Part shown: one piece after another, positions 61,778 to 64,000 of the stretch
How the letters are laid out: each line of letters opens with the position of its first letter
Position numbering within the stretch: the stretch's first letter is position 1
NCBI GenBank assembly: GCA_022605425.2
Contig: JAKIMF020000004.1
Coordinates: forward strand, 992,001 to 1,056,000
DNA from: Hamiltosporidium tvaerminnensis FI-OER-3-3
Taxonomy: Eukaryota > Fungi > Microsporidia
Direction: 5' to 3'
Length of the DNA stretch: 64,000 nt
The notes under the pieces: generated by a model
What the model was told of the DNA's origin: nothing
Seen by the model: only the letters and a program-made list of their open reading frames with translations
Database searches by the model: none
Made by a program: the position numbers and the translations under genes

Positions 61778-62364
61778 TTATTCCATAGATACCTAAATTT
61801 TTTACTTTTCATCTAAAATGTGGTAGGACTGAAATAAGCGAAGAACTTACCGTGAGCTTATTAATGTTTTTTTCTTGTGTAGAATCGTAGGTCAATCTAT
61901 GGACATTCAAGATCAGGTCCCTTCCTAATTGTTCTATATTTTCCGATCAGAAGATGGTGTTTATTTATAAAACAGCGAATCGTCACGAGAACATCTCTAT
62001 GTTTCGATGCCATACCGACAAGTATATCCTGCTTTTTCGAATTCAAAGCTTTTTAAAGTGTACGTTGTTTTCCATCTCTCAGTTGCAAAGTTTTCTAACG
62101 AGTGTGCGAGGCTATGCCTCCATTCTGTTACATGGCAATTACATTTAAATTCGTAGGTCTAATCTATATAAATAAAAACCCAAAACTTTTTTGAGAAATA
62201 AAATCACCATTAATGAACTATCGTAAGCAAATATAGATTTACATGGAGCAATCGAAAATATAGTCTGGTTATAATTCCAGCTAGAATCCAAACAATGATT
62301 TCACACCATTTTCATATACAAATTTCCAAGCAGATGATTTTTTAATGTAGTTATCGTTCCTCCA
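61778..62364 (-). ncRNA. Copy C of the structured repeat family, interrupted near its 3' part by the SINE
   Basis: Reverse complement has TGGAGGAACGATAACTACATTAAAAAATCATCT, GTAATTGCCATGTAACAGAATGG, TTAGAAAACTTTGC, AACATTAA and TTAGATGAAAAG...TAGGTATCT in the same order as copies A and B. Confidence 0.6.
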
Positions 62365-62548
62365 GAATTTTTGCAAAGTATATATACATATTTAAAGAAT
62401 TGAAGTAAAATTTATATTTTAATATTAGATTTAAACATAGTTGTAAACATTTAATACGATTATAATTTACATTAAAATGTTAAAGTTATAAAAGCTTTTA
62501 ATCATCAGTTTATTTTTTTTCTGCACAATTAAATATTAATAATATTAA

Positions 62549-63115
62549 TTAGGATTCTTGATAAATGAAACTATTTGGAGATTGACATGGTGAAAGGGTT
62601 TCAAGAGTTTCTTCACCAATAATTCCATCTGTTAAAACCGATTTATTTGAAACATCTGATATGGTACTTGCATCCGAAAAATCCTCAATTAAATCCCAGG
62701 GAGAACTTTGAAGTAAATCAGATTCAGATTTTGGTCTAATCCTTGCAAATTTCTGTTTATCGGGCTCGTTTTTATCTTTACAACTTTCAATTTTTTTCCC
62801 CTCAAATATTGTATATAGTTCAGAGGTTAAATGCCGACATCGACAATTATTAGACAGATTTATAGGATCCTTACTGGAGCAAACGTCCCCAGAATATGAA
62901 ATGTTGTCACTCTTGGTTTCGGAATAAAATGAACTAGAATTATCATTTTCTAATGGAATGATTTCAACATCATCATCAACTGTTTCATATCTGATATATG
63001 TAGATTCATTAAAATTTGTTTCTTTAACCGATCTAATGCTTTTTGTTTTTCTATTCAGTGAACATATTATAAACTTTGAGATTGTCAATAAAATTGAAGT
63101 CCATTTTGTATTCAT
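62549..63115 (-). CDS. Hypothetical Ser/acidic-rich protein with signal-like N-terminus
   Basis: 188-aa ATG ORF. Hydrophobic WTSILLTISKFIICS followed by a low-complexity polar body. Confidence 0.6.
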   Translation of the reverse strand: MNTKWTSILLTISKFIICSLNRKTKSIRSVKETNFNESTYIRYETVDDDVEIIPLENDNSSSFYSETKSDNISYSGDVCSSKDPINLSNNCRCRHLTSELYTIFEGKKIESCKDKNEPDKQKFARIRPKSESDLLQSSPWDLIEDFSDASTISDVSNKSVLTDGIIGEETLETLSPCQSPNSFIYQES

Positions 63116-64000
63116 ATCGTATTATTTTATCGGTTTGTTTTATAAGACTTAAACAGATCCAATTATATTTATAATTTAATCAGTAAAATTTATAATTTAA
63201 TCAATAAAATTAAGTCGAAAAAAATTTCCTTTTAGAAATAAAAAATAAAAAATGATAAATAATAACCAAAATCGGGAAATCGATAATTGTAATAATAACA
63301 TGATTTATACATGCTTATATAATTTCCTTTGCCAAATTCATTTTTTTGTTATCCTTAGAAATATCAAATGAAACACATAGTAACACTTTGGTTTACAAAA
63401 CATCCTAAATATTAAATTAAAGATAAATGCAATCTTCTTCCTAGGCACAAAAAAATACTCAGTTAAATTTTAACCTAAATTGCAAAGTAGATTTTTTATA
63501 ACACTGTTTTAAAATCAAGATTTTATTAACATATTTTTTTTCACTAAAAACGATATAAAGATTTTGTCAAGAAAATATCTGAACAAAAATTCAACATAAA
63601 AAATAATTGCAAATGAGGTAAATCATTTTTAGCCGGCAATATAAAACAAAATCATATATAGAAAAGCTACATCGAATGATAAAGAAAATGGAAATAAATC
63701 TAGTCCATATCATTTACACAATTTTTGTAACACAAATGAAATATTTCCACAAAATTAAATCGCTGTATTACAATACAGCTTAATCAAATTAAATATTTTA
63801 TGATATAATAAAGAATTCTTAAGTACTTTCAAATCGTTTGGTTTAATAAAGATTCAAATTACTGCTATTTGAATTATATAATGAATACTTGTCGGATGTA
63901 TCACAAACGTTCAATTGTTTTGGCTCTAAGTTAATATTATTCTTCTTGTTTAACTAAAATATTCAAATTTAGCAATCAATTTATTAAAAATTACGTATAA

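Overview
Very AT-rich, gene-sparse, transposon-rich eukaryotic DNA. Short divergent intronless housekeeping genes with a CCC motif just before the ATG point to a large-genome microsporidian (Hamiltosporidium-like; taxon is inference). There are about 12 host genes: eIF5, an EYA-like HAD protein, an SLC35F-like transporter, Trm82, an MCMDC2-like protein, Rmd1, Apc11, uL22/RPL17, a ubiquitin-like-eL40 fusion, proteasome beta6 and two orphan secreted-type proteins. They lie among decayed elements: R4/Dong-type REL non-LTR copies (one near full length with a 13-bp TSD), RTE LINEs, an RTE-derived SINE, Merlin, a hAT MITE and hAT transposase, Ginger/KRBA2-like, piggyBac and gypsy remnants. The main unexplained signal is a dispersed non-coding family of about 710 nt, seen at six loci in this window. 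Its copies differ strongly in sequence but keep the same helices, with compensatory and G-U pairs, a cUUCGg loop and a probable pseudoknot, making it a candidate large structured mobile RNA. Secondary signals are a ribozyme-like 5' module in the RTE SINE and a poor-context uORF overlapping the eIF5 start. All alignments and folds were done by eye.
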